From NCBI GenBank assembly GCA_042570405.1, contig JBHPGR010000006.1, positions 1 through 61,708 on the forward strand: a stretch of 61,708 nucleotides of DNA. Direction: 5' to 3'. Shown piece after piece: positions 10,103 through 20,506 of the stretch (position 1 is the first letter of the stretch; every line of letters begins with the position of its first letter). Below the pieces are notes generated by a model. That model did not search any database. It was given only the letters and a program-made list of their open reading frames with translations, and was not told the DNA's origin. A program made the position numbers and the translations under genes. This DNA is from Candidatus Omnitrophota bacterium. GTDB lineage: Bacteria; Omnitrophota; Gorgyraeia; Gygaellales; Profunditerraquicolaceae.

Positions 10103-11194
10103 ATGCTTGAGTTTGTCAGGAAGAATATCATCGGTTTAAAGCCTTATATCGCCGGAAAGCCTATAGAGGAGACGAAGAGGGAGTTTCGGCTGAAGCAGGT
10201 GGTAAAACTTGCTTCAAACGAGAACCCGATCGGACCTTCTCCAAAGGCAAAGGTTGCGATCAGAAAGGCATTGTCGGGGCTGAACCGTTATCCGGACAGC
10301 CAGGGGTATTGCCTTAAAAAACGGCTGGCGCGGATGCTTCGCGTCCAGGATTCCAACATCGTCTTAGGCAACGGTTCTGACGAACTGATCGACGTGATCA
10401 TTAAGACCTTTGTCGAGGACGATCAGAATATCGTTACTGCCGATGTGACTTTCCTGGAGTACGCAATCATCTCTCGTGTCAATGACCGCAGGGTGATCAC
10501 GGCGCCCCTGCGCTACTTTAAGTTTGACTTAGAGGCGATAAGGTCGAAGATCGACGCCAAGACCAAGCTTGTGTTTATTGCTAATCCCAATAATCCGACC
10601 GGTACTTATGTCGGCAAGGTTGAGTTGAAGGAGTTCCTCGGCAGCATCCCGAAGAGTGTCTTAGTGGTGCTTGACCAGGCATATGATGCCTTTATTGACG
10701 TCGATGATTTCCCGCTTAATTTGGACTTTCGCAGGTATAATAACCTGATCGTGTTAAAGACTTTCTCCAAGGCCTTTGGCCTGGCGGGATTGCGTATAGG
10801 GTATTGCATCGCCCGCCCGGAGTTTGTCAATTTCATGGAGCGGGTAAGACAGCCATTCAACGTGAATTCACTGGCTCAGAAGGCCGCACTTGCCGCCCTT
10901 GACGATAAAGCCTTCCTCAAAAAAACGCGCAGAGTAATCCTTAAGGGGAAGAGTTACCTTTACCAGCGCCTGGCTTCACTGGGAGTCAGCTATGTGCCCA
11001 GTGTTGCCAATTTTATCTTAGTTGATGTCGGGCGCGACAGCAGAGAAGTCTTTAAGGAGATGCTTAAAGGAGGCGTGATCGTCAGAGATATGCGCCAGTA
11101 CCGGTTGAAGAACTTTATCCGCGTGACTATCGGAACAAAAAAAGAAAATCGGAAGCTGATCAAAGTTTTAAAGAGTGTACTTTTAAAGAAGTAA
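10103..11194 (+). CDS. hisC: Histidinol-phosphate/aromatic aminotransferase
   Basis: [36 protein letters not shown]. Confidence 0.92.
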   Translation: MLEFVRKNIIGLKPYIAGKPIEETKREFRLKQVVKLASNENPIGPSPKAKVAIRKALSGLNRYPDSQGYCLKKRLARMLRVQDSNIVLGNGSDELIDVIIKTFVEDDQNIVTADVTFLEYAIISRVNDRRVITAPLRYFKFDLEAIRSKIDAKTKLVFIANPNNPTGTYVGKVELKEFLGSIPKSVLVVLDQAYDAFIDVDDFPLNLDFRRYNNLIVLKTFSKAFGLAGLRIGYCIARPEFVNFMERVRQPFNVNSLAQKAALAALDDKAFLKKTRRVILKGKSYLYQRLASLGVSYVPSVANFILVDVGRDSREVFKEMLKGGVIVRDMRQYRLKNFIRVTIGTKKENRKLIKVLKSVLLKK

Positions 11195-11213
11195 AAAAAG
11201 CGAGGAAAAAAAG

Positions 11214-12230
11214 ATGATCATAGTCCTGAGGCCTGATGCCACAAAAAAACAAATAGAGCATATAACTGAAAAAGTCAGCAAGCTGGGTCTAAAGCCCCAT
11301 GTTTCTAGAGGGGCACAGCGTACGATCATCGGAGTAATCGGCCCTGAAGATGTATTGCGCGTGACGCCGCTTGAAGTCTTCCCGGGCGTTGAAAAGGTGA
11401 TGCCGGTATTAGCTCCCTATAAGCTTGTTTCGCGGGAGTTTAAGCCCAGGGGCTCGGTAATTGACGTAGGCAAGGGCGTCAAGTTCGGCGGAAAGACGAT
11501 CATAGTAATGGGCGGGCCGTGTGCGATAGAAGATCCGCAGACGCTGGGTGAAATAGCAGCTGCAATCAAGAAGGCGGGAGCTGTGGTGTTGCGCGGGGGG
11601 GCCTTTAAGCCGCGCACCTCTCCTTACAGCTTTCAGGGGTTAGGTGAAGAAGGCCTTAAGTATCTTTTCACTGCGGGCAAAGAGCAGGACCTGGTTACCG
11701 TAAGCGAGGTTATGGATACGCGCGACGTAGAGTTAGTCGCCAGGTACGTGGATATCCTGCAGATCGGCGCGCGCAATATGCAGAACTTTGACCTGCTTAA
11801 AGAGGTAGGCTCTACCAGGAAGCCGGTGCTTCTGAAGCGCGGGATGTCTTCAACGATCAAAGAACTGCTGATGTCGGCTGAGTATATCCTCTCCGAGGGT
11901 AACTTTAACGTGATACTTTGCGAACGCGGCATAAGGACCTTTGAAGACCACACGCGAAATACATTAGATGTCAGCGCTATTCCGATAGCAAAGCAGCTTT
12001 CGCATCTTCCGATCATCGCCGACCCCAGCCACGCTGCCGGTAAATGGGGATTGGTTGCGCCGCTTTCAATGGCGGCAGTAGCTGCCGGGGCAGACGGGCT
12101 GATCATCGAGGTGCATACGCACCCGGAAGACGCTGCCTCTGACGGAGCACAATCATTATATCCGGAGAATTTTGCCACTTTAATGCAGGAGCTGAAGAGT
12201 TTATCAAAGGTTATAGGCAGGCAGATCTGA
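11214..12230 (+). CDS. aroF: DAHP synthase (type I-beta, N-terminal regulatory domain)
   Basis: [36 protein letters not shown]. Confidence 0.95.
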   Translation: MIIVLRPDATKKQIEHITEKVSKLGLKPHVSRGAQRTIIGVIGPEDVLRVTPLEVFPGVEKVMPVLAPYKLVSREFKPRGSVIDVGKGVKFGGKTIIVMGGPCAIEDPQTLGEIAAAIKKAGAVVLRGGAFKPRTSPYSFQGLGEEGLKYLFTAGKEQDLVTVSEVMDTRDVELVARYVDILQIGARNMQNFDLLKEVGSTRKPVLLKRGMSSTIKELLMSAEYILSEGNFNVILCERGIRTFEDHTRNTLDVSAIPIAKQLSHLPIIADPSHAAGKWGLVAPLSMAAVAAGADGLIIEVHTHPEDAASDGAQSLYPENFATLMQELKSLSKVIGRQI

Positions 12231-13060
12231 TGAAAGTTTTTAAGAAAGCGGCGATTATCGGCACAGGATTGATCGGCGGCTCGATCGCCTTGGCATTGAA
12301 GAAGAAACGCCTTGCCGGGGAAGTCGTTGGTGTTGCCCGTAGAAGATCCAGCCTAACAGCCGCTAAAATGATCGGAGCAATCGACCGGGGTTCGCAGGAT
12401 ATCTCTATCATCAAGGGTGCCGATCTTGTGATCCTGGCAACTCCGGTAGGATTGATCAAGCGTTTTGCTCCCAGGGTGCGCAGGTTGATCAATGATAGGT
12501 GCCTGGTCATTGATGTGGGCAGCACAAAGCAGGAGATCGTATCATCTTTAAGCAGGGAATTCGTGCGATATATCGGGTGCCACCCGCTGGCAGGCTCTGA
12601 AAAACAGGGAGTAGCAAATGCTGACGCCGGAATCTTTAAGGGGTGCCTTTGCATATTGACACCGACGGCAAGTTCAAATCCAGCTGCCTTAGCCAGGACA
12701 AAAGAGTTGTGGCAGGTTTTAGGCGCAAGGGTCGTGAAGATGTCTGCGGCAAGCCATGATCTGGCGCTGTCTTTCATCAGCCATCTCCCGCACGCAGTTG
12801 CTTTTTCGCTGATCGATACGGTCCCTGCAAAACACCTTTTGCTGGCTTCCTCCGGACTAAAGGATGCTACCCGGATCGCAGCATCGGACAGCCGTTTATG
12901 GGTGGATATATTCTTAAGCAACCGTAAGAACACTGCCGCTTCGATCAAGGCCCTCCGAAAGAACCTTTCAATACTAAGGTCAGCGATCATTAAGAATGAC
13001 AGCAAGACCCTAAAGAGATTGATCAGCCGCGCCAAGACTAAAAGAGACAGCCTGCAATGA
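12230..13060 (+). CDS. tyrA: Prephenate/arogenate dehydrogenase
   Basis: IIGTGLIGGS, DVGSTK, HPLAGSE, SHLPH. Confidence 0.92.
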   Translation: MKVFKKAAIIGTGLIGGSIALALKKKRLAGEVVGVARRRSSLTAAKMIGAIDRGSQDISIIKGADLVILATPVGLIKRFAPRVRRLINDRCLVIDVGSTKQEIVSSLSREFVRYIGCHPLAGSEKQGVANADAGIFKGCLCILTPTASSNPAALARTKELWQVLGARVVKMSAASHDLALSFISHLPHAVAFSLIDTVPAKHLLLASSGLKDATRIAASDSRLWVDIFLSNRKNTAASIKALRKNLSILRSAIIKNDSKTLKRLISRAKTKRDSLQ

Positions 13061-13713
13061 TCGTTGCTATTGACGGCCCCGCCGGCGCAGGCAAAAGTAC
13101 AGTCGCAAAGAGAGTCGCGGAAAAGTTAAACTATCTTTACATCGATACCGGAGCGATGTACCGTGCCCTGACGCTGAAGGCGATCGAGGAGAAGATCGAG
13201 ATCTTCGACACAAATGCCCTGATCGGTATCGCCTCAACTTCCCTGATCGACCTAAAGAACAATTCAGCAGGCGAGATGGAGGTCTATATCGACGGGCGAG
13301 ATGTCTCAAGTTCGATCAGAGAACCGAGGATCACAAAGCTGGTCTCCGATATTGCTAAGATCAAGGAAGTAAGGGATGTGATGCTGAAGCTTCAAAGGAG
13401 GCTGGGCAGACAGAGGGACAGCGTCTTAGACGGAAGGGATATCGGGACAGTGGTCTTTCCTGATGCCAATAAGAAGTTTTATCTTGATGCTGAGTTCAAC
13501 GAGCGGGTAAAGAGGAGATTTGAGGAACTAAAGAAACTCGGGCAGGATGTGACGATGCCGGAAATCGAAGCGGATCTGGAAAATCGCGATACTATAGATT
13601 CCACCCGCAAGGTAGCACCACTAAAACAAGCCAAAGACGCTATCTATATCGATACGACTACGATGTCGGTCGAAGAAGTGGTCGGTAATGTATTAGGATA
13701 CATCAATGGATAA
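13057..13713 (+). CDS. cmk: Cytidylate kinase
   Basis: IDGPAGAGKST, DTGAMYR, DGRDIGTVVFPDA. Confidence 0.96.
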   Translation: MIVAIDGPAGAGKSTVAKRVAEKLNYLYIDTGAMYRALTLKAIEEKIEIFDTNALIGIASTSLIDLKNNSAGEMEVYIDGRDVSSSIREPRITKLVSDIAKIKEVRDVMLKLQRRLGRQRDSVLDGRDIGTVVFPDANKKFYLDAEFNERVKRRFEELKKLGQDVTMPEIEADLENRDTIDSTRKVAPLKQAKDAIYIDTTTMSVEEVVGNVLGYING

Positions 13714-15502
13714 GTCTTTGATCAGGAACTTCAGTATCATCGCGCACATCGACCACGGCAAGTCTACCCTGGCAGACAGGATCCTTGAGTTGACCGGAGC
13801 CGTCGACAGGCGTAACAAGCGCGACCAGCTTCTGGATGATATGGAGCTGGAGCGAGAGCGCGGGATCACGATCAAGGCTTCGACGGTACGCATCTCTTAT
13901 CCTGCGGATGATTCAAAGACATATACGCTGAATCTGATCGATACGCCCGGGCACGTTGATTTTACTTATGAAGTCTCCAAATCCCTTGCTGCGTGCGAAG
14001 GTGCGGTTTTAGTAGTCGATGCAGCTCAGGGGATCGAGGCGCAGACCGTGGCTAATTTTTACCTGGCAAAGGAGAATGATCTGCGCGTTATTCCCGTGAT
14101 CAATAAGATCGATCTTTCATCTGCGGATATCGCTCGGGTAACGAAACAGTTGGTAGAAGTGTTAGGTTTTAAGGAAGACGAGATCATTACCGCTTCCGCC
14201 AAGGAGGGTACTGGCGTAAAGGAAATACTGGAGAGGATCGTAAAAGAGATACCTCCCCCCTCAGGAGAGACGTTAAGCCCCTTGAAGGCGTTGGTCTTTG
14301 ATTCCCGCTTTGACACCTTTAAGGGTGCGGTGGTTTTTGTCAGGGTCGTAGACGGCCAGATTCTACCCCATACCAAGATCAGGTTGATGAACTCAGGCAG
14401 GGACTATAAGATCGAAGAGCTGGGCGTGTTTAAGAATCTAAAATATGCATCGGCTGATTCCCTGGGGTGCGGTGAGGTCGGGTATCTAACCGCTAATTTC
14501 CGCGACCCCAGAGAGGTCGTAATCGGAGATACAATAACCGACATAAAGAATCCCTGCGCTGCGGCGCTTGCGGGATACCGGACACTAAAACCGCTGGTCT
14601 TCTGCGGTATCTATCCTGTCAACCCGGGTGATTTTGTGCATCTGCGCGAAGCGATGGATAAGATGAAGCTCTCCGACGCTTCTTTTGTATATGAACCTGA
14701 AAGTTCCCAGTCCTTCGGCCCGGGATTCCGCTGCGGATTCTTGGGTCTTTTACACATGGAGATCGTGCAGGAGCGGTTAAGGAGGGAGTATGACCTTAGC
14801 CTGATCCTGACCGTGCCTAACGTGGTTTACTGGGTAAGGAAGAGAAACGGTGAATCGATCGAGGTGGATACCCCCAGAGATCTGCCTCCGTCGCAGGATA
14901 CGCAAGAGACCCTCGAGCCTTTCGCAAATCTCTTGATGATCGTCCCTATTGATACGATTGATCCGGTCTGCGAATTCGCCAAGTCCAGGCGCGGCATCTT
15001 TAAATCCAATGATTATCTGGGGGAAGACAGGATCAAGTTAAATTACGAGATGCCGCTTTCGGAGATCATCGTTGATTTTTACGACCGGATAAAATCACTG
15101 ACTAAGGGCTTTGGTTCCCTGGATTATGAATTTAACGCATATTATCCGACAAAACTGGTAAAGTTAGATGTGATGCTAAATGGAGTCGTCTGCGATGCCT
15201 TCTCATCTCTTTTGCATAAGGATAAAGCAAGTTCCCGGGCGCACGCAATAGTGAATAAGCTTAAAGAGCATATTCCGCGGCAGGTCTATGAAGTGGTGAT
15301 CCAGGCAGGGATAGGCAATCAGATCCTGTCTTCGGCAAAAGTCCGGGCATTAAGTAAGCATGTCACGAGTAAATGTTACGGGGGAGATATCACGCGTAAA
15401 CGCAAACTCTGGGAGCTCCAGAAGAGGGGGAAGAAGCGGCTGAAGCAGTTCGGTAAGGTAGAGATCCCGCAGGAAGTCTTTCTGGAGGTACTGAAGATAT
15501 GA
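13706..15502 (+). CDS. lepA: Elongation factor 4
   Basis: IRNFSIIAHIDHGKSTL, DTPGHVDF, GFRCGFLGLLHMEI, KCYGGDITRKRKL. Confidence 0.98.
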   Translation: MDKSLIRNFSIIAHIDHGKSTLADRILELTGAVDRRNKRDQLLDDMELERERGITIKASTVRISYPADDSKTYTLNLIDTPGHVDFTYEVSKSLAACEGAVLVVDAAQGIEAQTVANFYLAKENDLRVIPVINKIDLSSADIARVTKQLVEVLGFKEDEIITASAKEGTGVKEILERIVKEIPPPSGETLSPLKALVFDSRFDTFKGAVVFVRVVDGQILPHTKIRLMNSGRDYKIEELGVFKNLKYASADSLGCGEVGYLTANFRDPREVVIGDTITDIKNPCAAALAGYRTLKPLVFCGIYPVNPGDFVHLREAMDKMKLSDASFVYEPESSQSFGPGFRCGFLGLLHMEIVQERLRREYDLSLILTVPNVVYWVRKRNGESIEVDTPRDLPPSQDTQETLEPFANLLMIVPIDTIDPVCEFAKSRRGIFKSNDYLGEDRIKLNYEMPLSEIIVDFYDRIKSLTKGFGSLDYEFNAYYPTKLVKLDVMLNGVVCDAFSSLLHKDKASSRAHAIVNKLKEHIPRQVYEVVIQAGIGNQILSSAKVRALSKHVTSKCYGGDITRKRKLWELQKRGKKRLKQFGKVEIPQEVFLEVLKI

Positions 15503-16074
15503 GCGCGCATAAGAAATCAGTCATCCGGGAATGGGCCGAATCGATCATTATCGCTTTTGTGATGGCGATGATCATACGGGCTTTCGTGATCCAGGCTTTT
15601 AAGATCCCCACCGGATCGATGAGGCCAACGCTTATTGAAGGAGATATTATCCTGGTGAATAAATTTATTTACGGCGCTAAGATCCCCTTCACCAACCTGA
15701 GGCTTCCGGCTGTCCGCCAGCCAAAGAGAGGGGACGTGATCGTCTTTGTATATCCTGATAACCCGAAGAAGGATTTTATAAAAAGGTTAGTTGCGGTAGG
15801 AGGGGAGACCGTCGAAATCGATAATGGAACGATCTATGTCGACGCCGAACCCCTGACGGGATCTTCATTCAGCCAGAGGTATTATTACAACCGCGGTGAT
15901 TTTGCCGGGGAAGGGAGAAAGATCAAGGTGCCTGAGGATAGCTATTTCGTCCTTGGGGACAATTCCGCTTCCTCGCAGGATAGCCGATATTGGGGTTTTG
16001 TGCCAAGGGAAAATCTTCTGGGTAAAGCCTTAGTGATTTACTGGCCGCCGCGGAGGATAAGGATGATACGTTGA
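15499..16074 (+). CDS. lepB: Signal peptidase I
   Basis: TM segment, IPTGSM, FIKR, GDN...S.DSRYWG. Confidence 0.95.
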   Translation: MSAHKKSVIREWAESIIIAFVMAMIIRAFVIQAFKIPTGSMRPTLIEGDIILVNKFIYGAKIPFTNLRLPAVRQPKRGDVIVFVYPDNPKKDFIKRLVAVGGETVEIDNGTIYVDAEPLTGSSFSQRYYYNRGDFAGEGRKIKVPEDSYFVLGDNSASSQDSRYWGFVPRENLLGKALVIYWPPRRIRMIR

Positions 16075-16640
16075 ATTTCGCTAATAAAATCTCCACTTTC
16101 AGGATATTAAGCGTTCCTTTCTTTATCGCAAGCCTCGTCTACTATACACCCGAGAGCGATTACTTGAGGTTTGTGGCATTGGGGATCTTTTCCCTGGCGG
16201 TGATCTCTGATGCTGTAGACGGATACATCGCCAGGAGATCCAAGCAGCTATCCAAGGCAGGACTAGTGCTGGATCCCTTAGCCGATAAAGCGCTGTTATT
16301 GAGTGCTTTTGTCTGCCTTCATCTAGTCGAAGGTCTCCCCAGCGGAATAAGATTTCCTCTTTGGGTGATCCTGATCGTGATCAGCAGGGATGTGGTGTTG
16401 ATCTTCGGGTCGGCAGTGATCTACGTAGTCAAGCAGAAGATCGATATCCGTCCTACGAGACTGGGCAAGGTCACTACGATCCTACAGATGATAACAGTGA
16501 TCAGCCTGCTCCTGCAACTTGATTTCTCTTTTATTTTTTGGTGGATAGCAAGCCTGCTTACTGTCGCCTCAGGCTTTGATTATGTCAGAAAGGGGTTAAA
16601 TACGCTCTATGCTCCCGATAATCACCGCAATAATAGCTAG
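16071..16640 (+). CDS. pgsA: CDP-alcohol phosphatidyltransferase (PgsA-like)
   Basis: D..DGYIAR......G..LDPLADK signature; hydrophobic; TTG start. Confidence 0.8.
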   Translation: MNFANKISTFRILSVPFFIASLVYYTPESDYLRFVALGIFSLAVISDAVDGYIARRSKQLSKAGLVLDPLADKALLLSAFVCLHLVEGLPSGIRFPLWVILIVISRDVVLIFGSAVIYVVKQKIDIRPTRLGKVTTILQMITVISLLLQLDFSFIFWWIASLLTVASGFDYVRKGLNTLYAPDNHRNNS

Positions 16641-17241
16641 TTATCTGATCGGCTCCATACCTACGGCCTATATATTCGTAAAGCTTATAAAGGGCGATGA
16701 TATCCGTAAATATGGTTCCGGGAATGTCGGGGCGACCAATGCTATGCGGATATTAGGAAGAGGGCCGGGAATTACAGTGCTGCTCCTGGATATCCTTAAG
16801 GGGGTTGCCGCGGTAGTATCCGTTGGTGGAGCCCTGGCGATGAGGACATCCTTATTGCCGGCTGAATCATTGTGGCTGATCACAGGCCTTGCCTGTATCT
16901 GCGGACACAACTGGCCGGTATTCCTCAGATTCAAGGGGGGTAAGGGGTTTGCTGCTACACTTGGCATATTCCTTGGCTTAGGGATCAAAATCCCGGGGCT
17001 TCTGCCCATATTTGCAATGATCATTCTCACCTGGCTTGCCGTATTTATCTTGACTCAGATAGTTTCTTTAGCCTCGATCGTCACTGCCATAGCTTTGCCG
17101 TTATATTCTGCGCTTTTTAAAGAGTCCATGGCATTAATCGCCGCGAGTATCCTGCTTTGCGCTTTCCTGGTCATCCGCCACACAGCCAATATTAAGAGGC
17201 TCTTTAAGGGTACCGAGCCAAAGACCTCCTTCAGAAAGTAA
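16609..17241 (+). CDS. plsY: Glycerol-3-phosphate acyltransferase
   Basis: YLIGSIP, GSGNVGATN, GH.WP, GGKG, RH.ANIKRL..GTE. Confidence 0.95.
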   Translation: MLPIITAIIASYLIGSIPTAYIFVKLIKGDDIRKYGSGNVGATNAMRILGRGPGITVLLLDILKGVAAVVSVGGALAMRTSLLPAESLWLITGLACICGHNWPVFLRFKGGKGFAATLGIFLGLGIKIPGLLPIFAMIILTWLAVFILTQIVSLASIVTAIALPLYSALFKESMALIAASILLCAFLVIRHTANIKRLFKGTEPKTSFRK

Positions 17242-17465
17242 ACCATTCCCTGTCCCTCAAGAAAACGCTTTCAAAACAAGCGTTTATAGCCTTGATTTCT
17301 TCTCGAAACAATTGCATACTTTAAGTGTAGAAAAGTCTTAATGAATCCCCACCAGCCACAGGAGAAGGTGAGGGATAGCCGGGTTGCTAAGCTATATAAT
17401 GGCTTAATATGCAACCCGGCTCCTAATTTAAGGTTTTATAAAGAATGCTTTGGGGGGTGGCCAAG

Positions 17466-17810
17466 GTGAGAGACCTGGTCTTTAAGAACCTTACATCTCG
17501 AAATAGAAAACGCAGGGTCCTGGCCAGCTCTGAGATCACGGATAAGCAGGGCGTGCGCAGCACTATCCACCGCCACTTCATCTGTATTATGAAGGAGGTA
17601 GACGCAAAGAGCATGCAAAAGCCGCAGCCTTGCCTGTATGTCTTAAAAAAGCACAGCAATAAAGAGCGCAAAGAGAAGTTCTTCTGCAGGATCAAGGGAG
17701 GGGTGCTGGCGGTAAGTAACGGAAAAGTCTTTATGATCCAGTTTATGCATTCTCTTAAGATCAGCTTGAAGCCTACACCGGTATTTGAAACTGGCGGCAG
17801 GCCTAATTAA
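17466..17810 (+). CDS. Hypothetical basic protein
   Basis: Open frame with probable GTG start after GGGGGG; own candidate promoter (TTGATT-17-CATACT, 17292-17320) and terminator; no family recognised. Confidence 0.6.
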   Translation: MRDLVFKNLTSRNRKRRVLASSEITDKQGVRSTIHRHFICIMKEVDAKSMQKPQPCLYVLKKHSNKERKEKFFCRIKGGVLAVSNGKVFMIQFMHSLKISLKPTPVFETGGRPN

Positions 17811-17836
17811 TATAACACCTTATAAATAAAGAAGTT

Positions 17837-17873
17837 AAAGAGCCAAATCAATTATGGTTTGGCTCTTTTTTTT
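17837..17873 (+). terminator. Intrinsic terminator
   Basis: AAAGAGCCAAATCA/TGGTTTGGCTCTTT stem followed by a T run. Confidence 0.85.
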
Positions 17874-17886
17874 CACAATATTTTTA

Positions 17887-17914
17887 TTGACAGGAGAAGA
17901 ATTGATAATATAAT
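17887..17914 (+). promoter_or_regulatory. Sigma-70 promoter
   Basis: TTGACA-16 nt-TATAAT, ending 11 nt before the ATG at 17926. Confidence 0.7.
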
Positions 17915-17925
17915 AGATATTAAAG

Positions 17926-20490
17926 ATGATTAACAAAGTCCAATATTTAACGATTATTACTTTACTACTGGTGTTGGTGCCTGTAGCGGCTGCTCCGGTT
18001 TATGCCGCATCGGAGCTCCTGAGCGCCGATACTACTGATTACCTTAGACTTGCCGAAAGAGATCAGGCCATAGATGCCACATTTAAAAGGCTAAACGCAG
18101 AGCGTCATCCAACAGGGACCTTAAATGAAGAAGAGTCCGGGGATAGGCCCGGGATCAAGGTCTCCGGTGAGACCCAGTTAAGCGCCGGCATTACTTCAAA
18201 TGATGCTGTCTGGCAGAGCGCTAATTATGACCTGAACGAAAGAAACTGGCGAGTGCTCTCTGGGGATGCGCTTAACAGGCATTTTAACACCTATGATCCG
18301 AGAATCTTTGAGAGACTAAGCGTCGATCTTGATACGGAGAATGAGGAGGGTTTTAACTTCCACAGTAATATTGTGGTAGACCCCTGGAGTTTTACCGGCA
18401 AGGGCCCTAAGGTGACGGTCACCAGCGATTTCGACGATATAGCCGAGGTGCAGTTAAAGTACTGGTCAAATACCGATTACACGATTAACGAGACTTACTT
18501 TACTAAGTTATTGGGGAATTCATTTTCCGTTCCCGAACTTAAGGTCTCTGACGGCAGTACTAAGGCATTCAGGGCAATCGGCGCCTTTGATCCCCGTGAC
18601 ACCTTTGATTTTTCTGCGATGCAGATCCATCACGAATTTCAACCGGTGCGAGAAGTCTGGTTTGAATATGCTAACGATGCATTTAATTTCAGGTTTTTCC
18701 CCATGGCCTACCAGGATCAGGCGCTTATTTCCGATGATCCCTTAGGGATAGCTAATCACCATGAATGGTGGGAGGAGAGCCTCTGGTTGAGTAAGTATAC
18801 GCCGGGGATCTATAACTCTGGTGTAGCGGCCCCTGACTTTACCCAGGGGCGCTGGGATGACTCATTGGCTTTTTTGACCAGGGATTCTAGCGGGGTGTAC
18901 CTGACTGCCCTAAGGGGGATGTCCTTCTCATGGCAGCCGGAGGATGGCACAAGTTTCAGTACTACGATCGCTTCTCCCAAGGACCTTTGGCAGGACTATG
19001 AAGAGGTGGATAATCTCAGCCTGGCCAGCAGGCTAAAGCATTCAGTCGGCGATAATCTTGACCTGGGAGCTACCCTGACATCCCGCTTTGGCTTTGAGCC
19101 TGACGGTTCAGAGACTGATAGTAAGAACTACGTGGCAGGATTTGACCTCGGGTATGAGCTCTTTGACGGGTTGAAGGCAGAGGCGGAGATTTTGACCTCA
19201 AAGTCTTACTATGATTTAAATAACCTGCAGTACAGGACTAAATCAAGGGGGCATGCCTTCTATTTCTCTCTGGTTTCGCGTTATCCGCGCAAGAGCATCA
19301 TCGACCTGGAGTTTGGTTATAACGATATAAAGCTGGAAAAGAGCGAGGACTTTCTGGTAAAAAGCAGGTTTTATGGCGCGCATATGGATCAGGGCTTTGA
19401 GAGCTCATTATCGAGTTTCCGCGAAACACGCAATGACGAACACTGGTCAAGGCATATACATTTTAGAAATCCCGGTGAATATTATTACGGAGGTATGCGC
19501 GAGACGAACGTTAACTGGGACGATGTCAGCTCAACCCGTATCGGCGACGGGATAGATACCGGGCGCGATGTCCTGGGATTCAGGCTGGAGATGGAGGAAA
19601 GTGATAAATTCAGCAATCTTTTTGATCTGCGCAATGTCCATGATGTCGACGGAGATTATATTGAAACCGTAGCCCGCGATGAGATCACCTATAAGGTAAA
19701 CCCGAAGCTTACCGTAAAGGCGCTTGGCATCTATCATGACCTGCCTAAGACCGATACCGGAGTGGATCCCTTTATCTTTGATCCGGATACGGGTGAGTTT
19801 GCCGAGGATCTTTCAACAAATCCGATCGACGGCGATCAGGACCCTACCTTAAAGAGCGGATCAGTCGGTTTAGAATATGGTTTCTTTGACTGGATAAAGG
19901 CATACGGGATCTATGAGCGGACCAATGATTATACGCTTGGATACGGCAATTTTCCGCGCAGCGCCTTTAACGGCCAGCAGCGCTCACGGCTTTTTTACGA
20001 GAGGGATAACGCCTACAGGGCAGATCGTTTTTATCTTTATGATCAACAGCTCTTTCCCCAGCCTCCCTATAAGTTTTACAATATTTTTAAATTAGGAGTG
20101 ACCCTAAGCCCGATGGATAAGCTGCAGATCTTCCTGGATTACACCCGCAATGAATACGAGATCGCGGGGCAAAATTCTGACAATATCAACCATATAGGTT
20201 TTGAGATAAACTATATTCCTACGGAAAGAATCGGGTTTATGCTGAAATACACATATTCCCGCTGGAAGGACATCACTCGATTGGAGGGTGGGGTGACCGA
20301 TCCTGCGGGCTACCATAATTTCTTCGCTGAGATAAGTTACTTTGCTTCCAAGGACGACGAATTCATCCTGCAATACGGTGAAGGCAATACCAGCCCGGTA
20401 GGCAATATGACATTTGATCCCTACGGCGGAGGCCTGCTAACCCTCGATACCCAGCATATCATCAGGGCATACTACCGCAAGAAGTTCTAG
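17926..20490 (+). CDS. Exported protein, probable outer-membrane beta-barrel
   Basis: Signal peptide; aromatic/acidic composition with alternating strand patterns; terminal Phe (YYRKKF). Confidence 0.55.
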   Translation: MINKVQYLTIITLLLVLVPVAAAPVYAASELLSADTTDYLRLAERDQAIDATFKRLNAERHPTGTLNEEESGDRPGIKVSGETQLSAGITSNDAVWQSANYDLNERNWRVLSGDALNRHFNTYDPRIFERLSVDLDTENEEGFNFHSNIVVDPWSFTGKGPKVTVTSDFDDIAEVQLKYWSNTDYTINETYFTKLLGNSFSVPELKVSDGSTKAFRAIGAFDPRDTFDFSAMQIHHEFQPVREVWFEYANDAFNFRFFPMAYQDQALISDDPLGIANHHEWWEESLWLSKYTPGIYNSGVAAPDFTQGRWDDSLAFLTRDSSGVYLTALRGMSFSWQPEDGTSFSTTIASPKDLWQDYEEVDNLSLASRLKHSVGDNLDLGATLTSRFGFEPDGSETDSKNYVAGFDLGYELFDGLKAEAEILTSKSYYDLNNLQYRTKSRGHAFYFSLVSRYPRKSIIDLEFGYNDIKLEKSEDFLVKSRFYGAHMDQGFESSLSSFRETRNDEHWSRHIHFRNPGEYYYGGMRETNVNWDDVSSTRIGDGIDTGRDVLGFRLEMEESDKFSNLFDLRNVHDVDGDYIETVARDEITYKVNPKLTVKALGIYHDLPKTDTGVDPFIFDPDTGEFAEDLSTNPIDGDQDPTLKSGSVGLEYGFFDWIKAYGIYERTNDYTLGYGNFPRSAFNGQQRSRLFYERDNAYRADRFYLYDQQLFPQPPYKFYNIFKLGVTLSPMDKLQIFLDYTRNEYEIAGQNSDNINHIGFEINYIPTERIGFMLKYTYSRWKDITRLEGGVTDPAGYHNFFAEISYFASKDDEFILQYGEGNTSPVGNMTFDPYGGGLLTLDTQHIIRAYYRKKF

Positions 20491-20506
20491 CTCATCCTAA
20501 TTTAAC

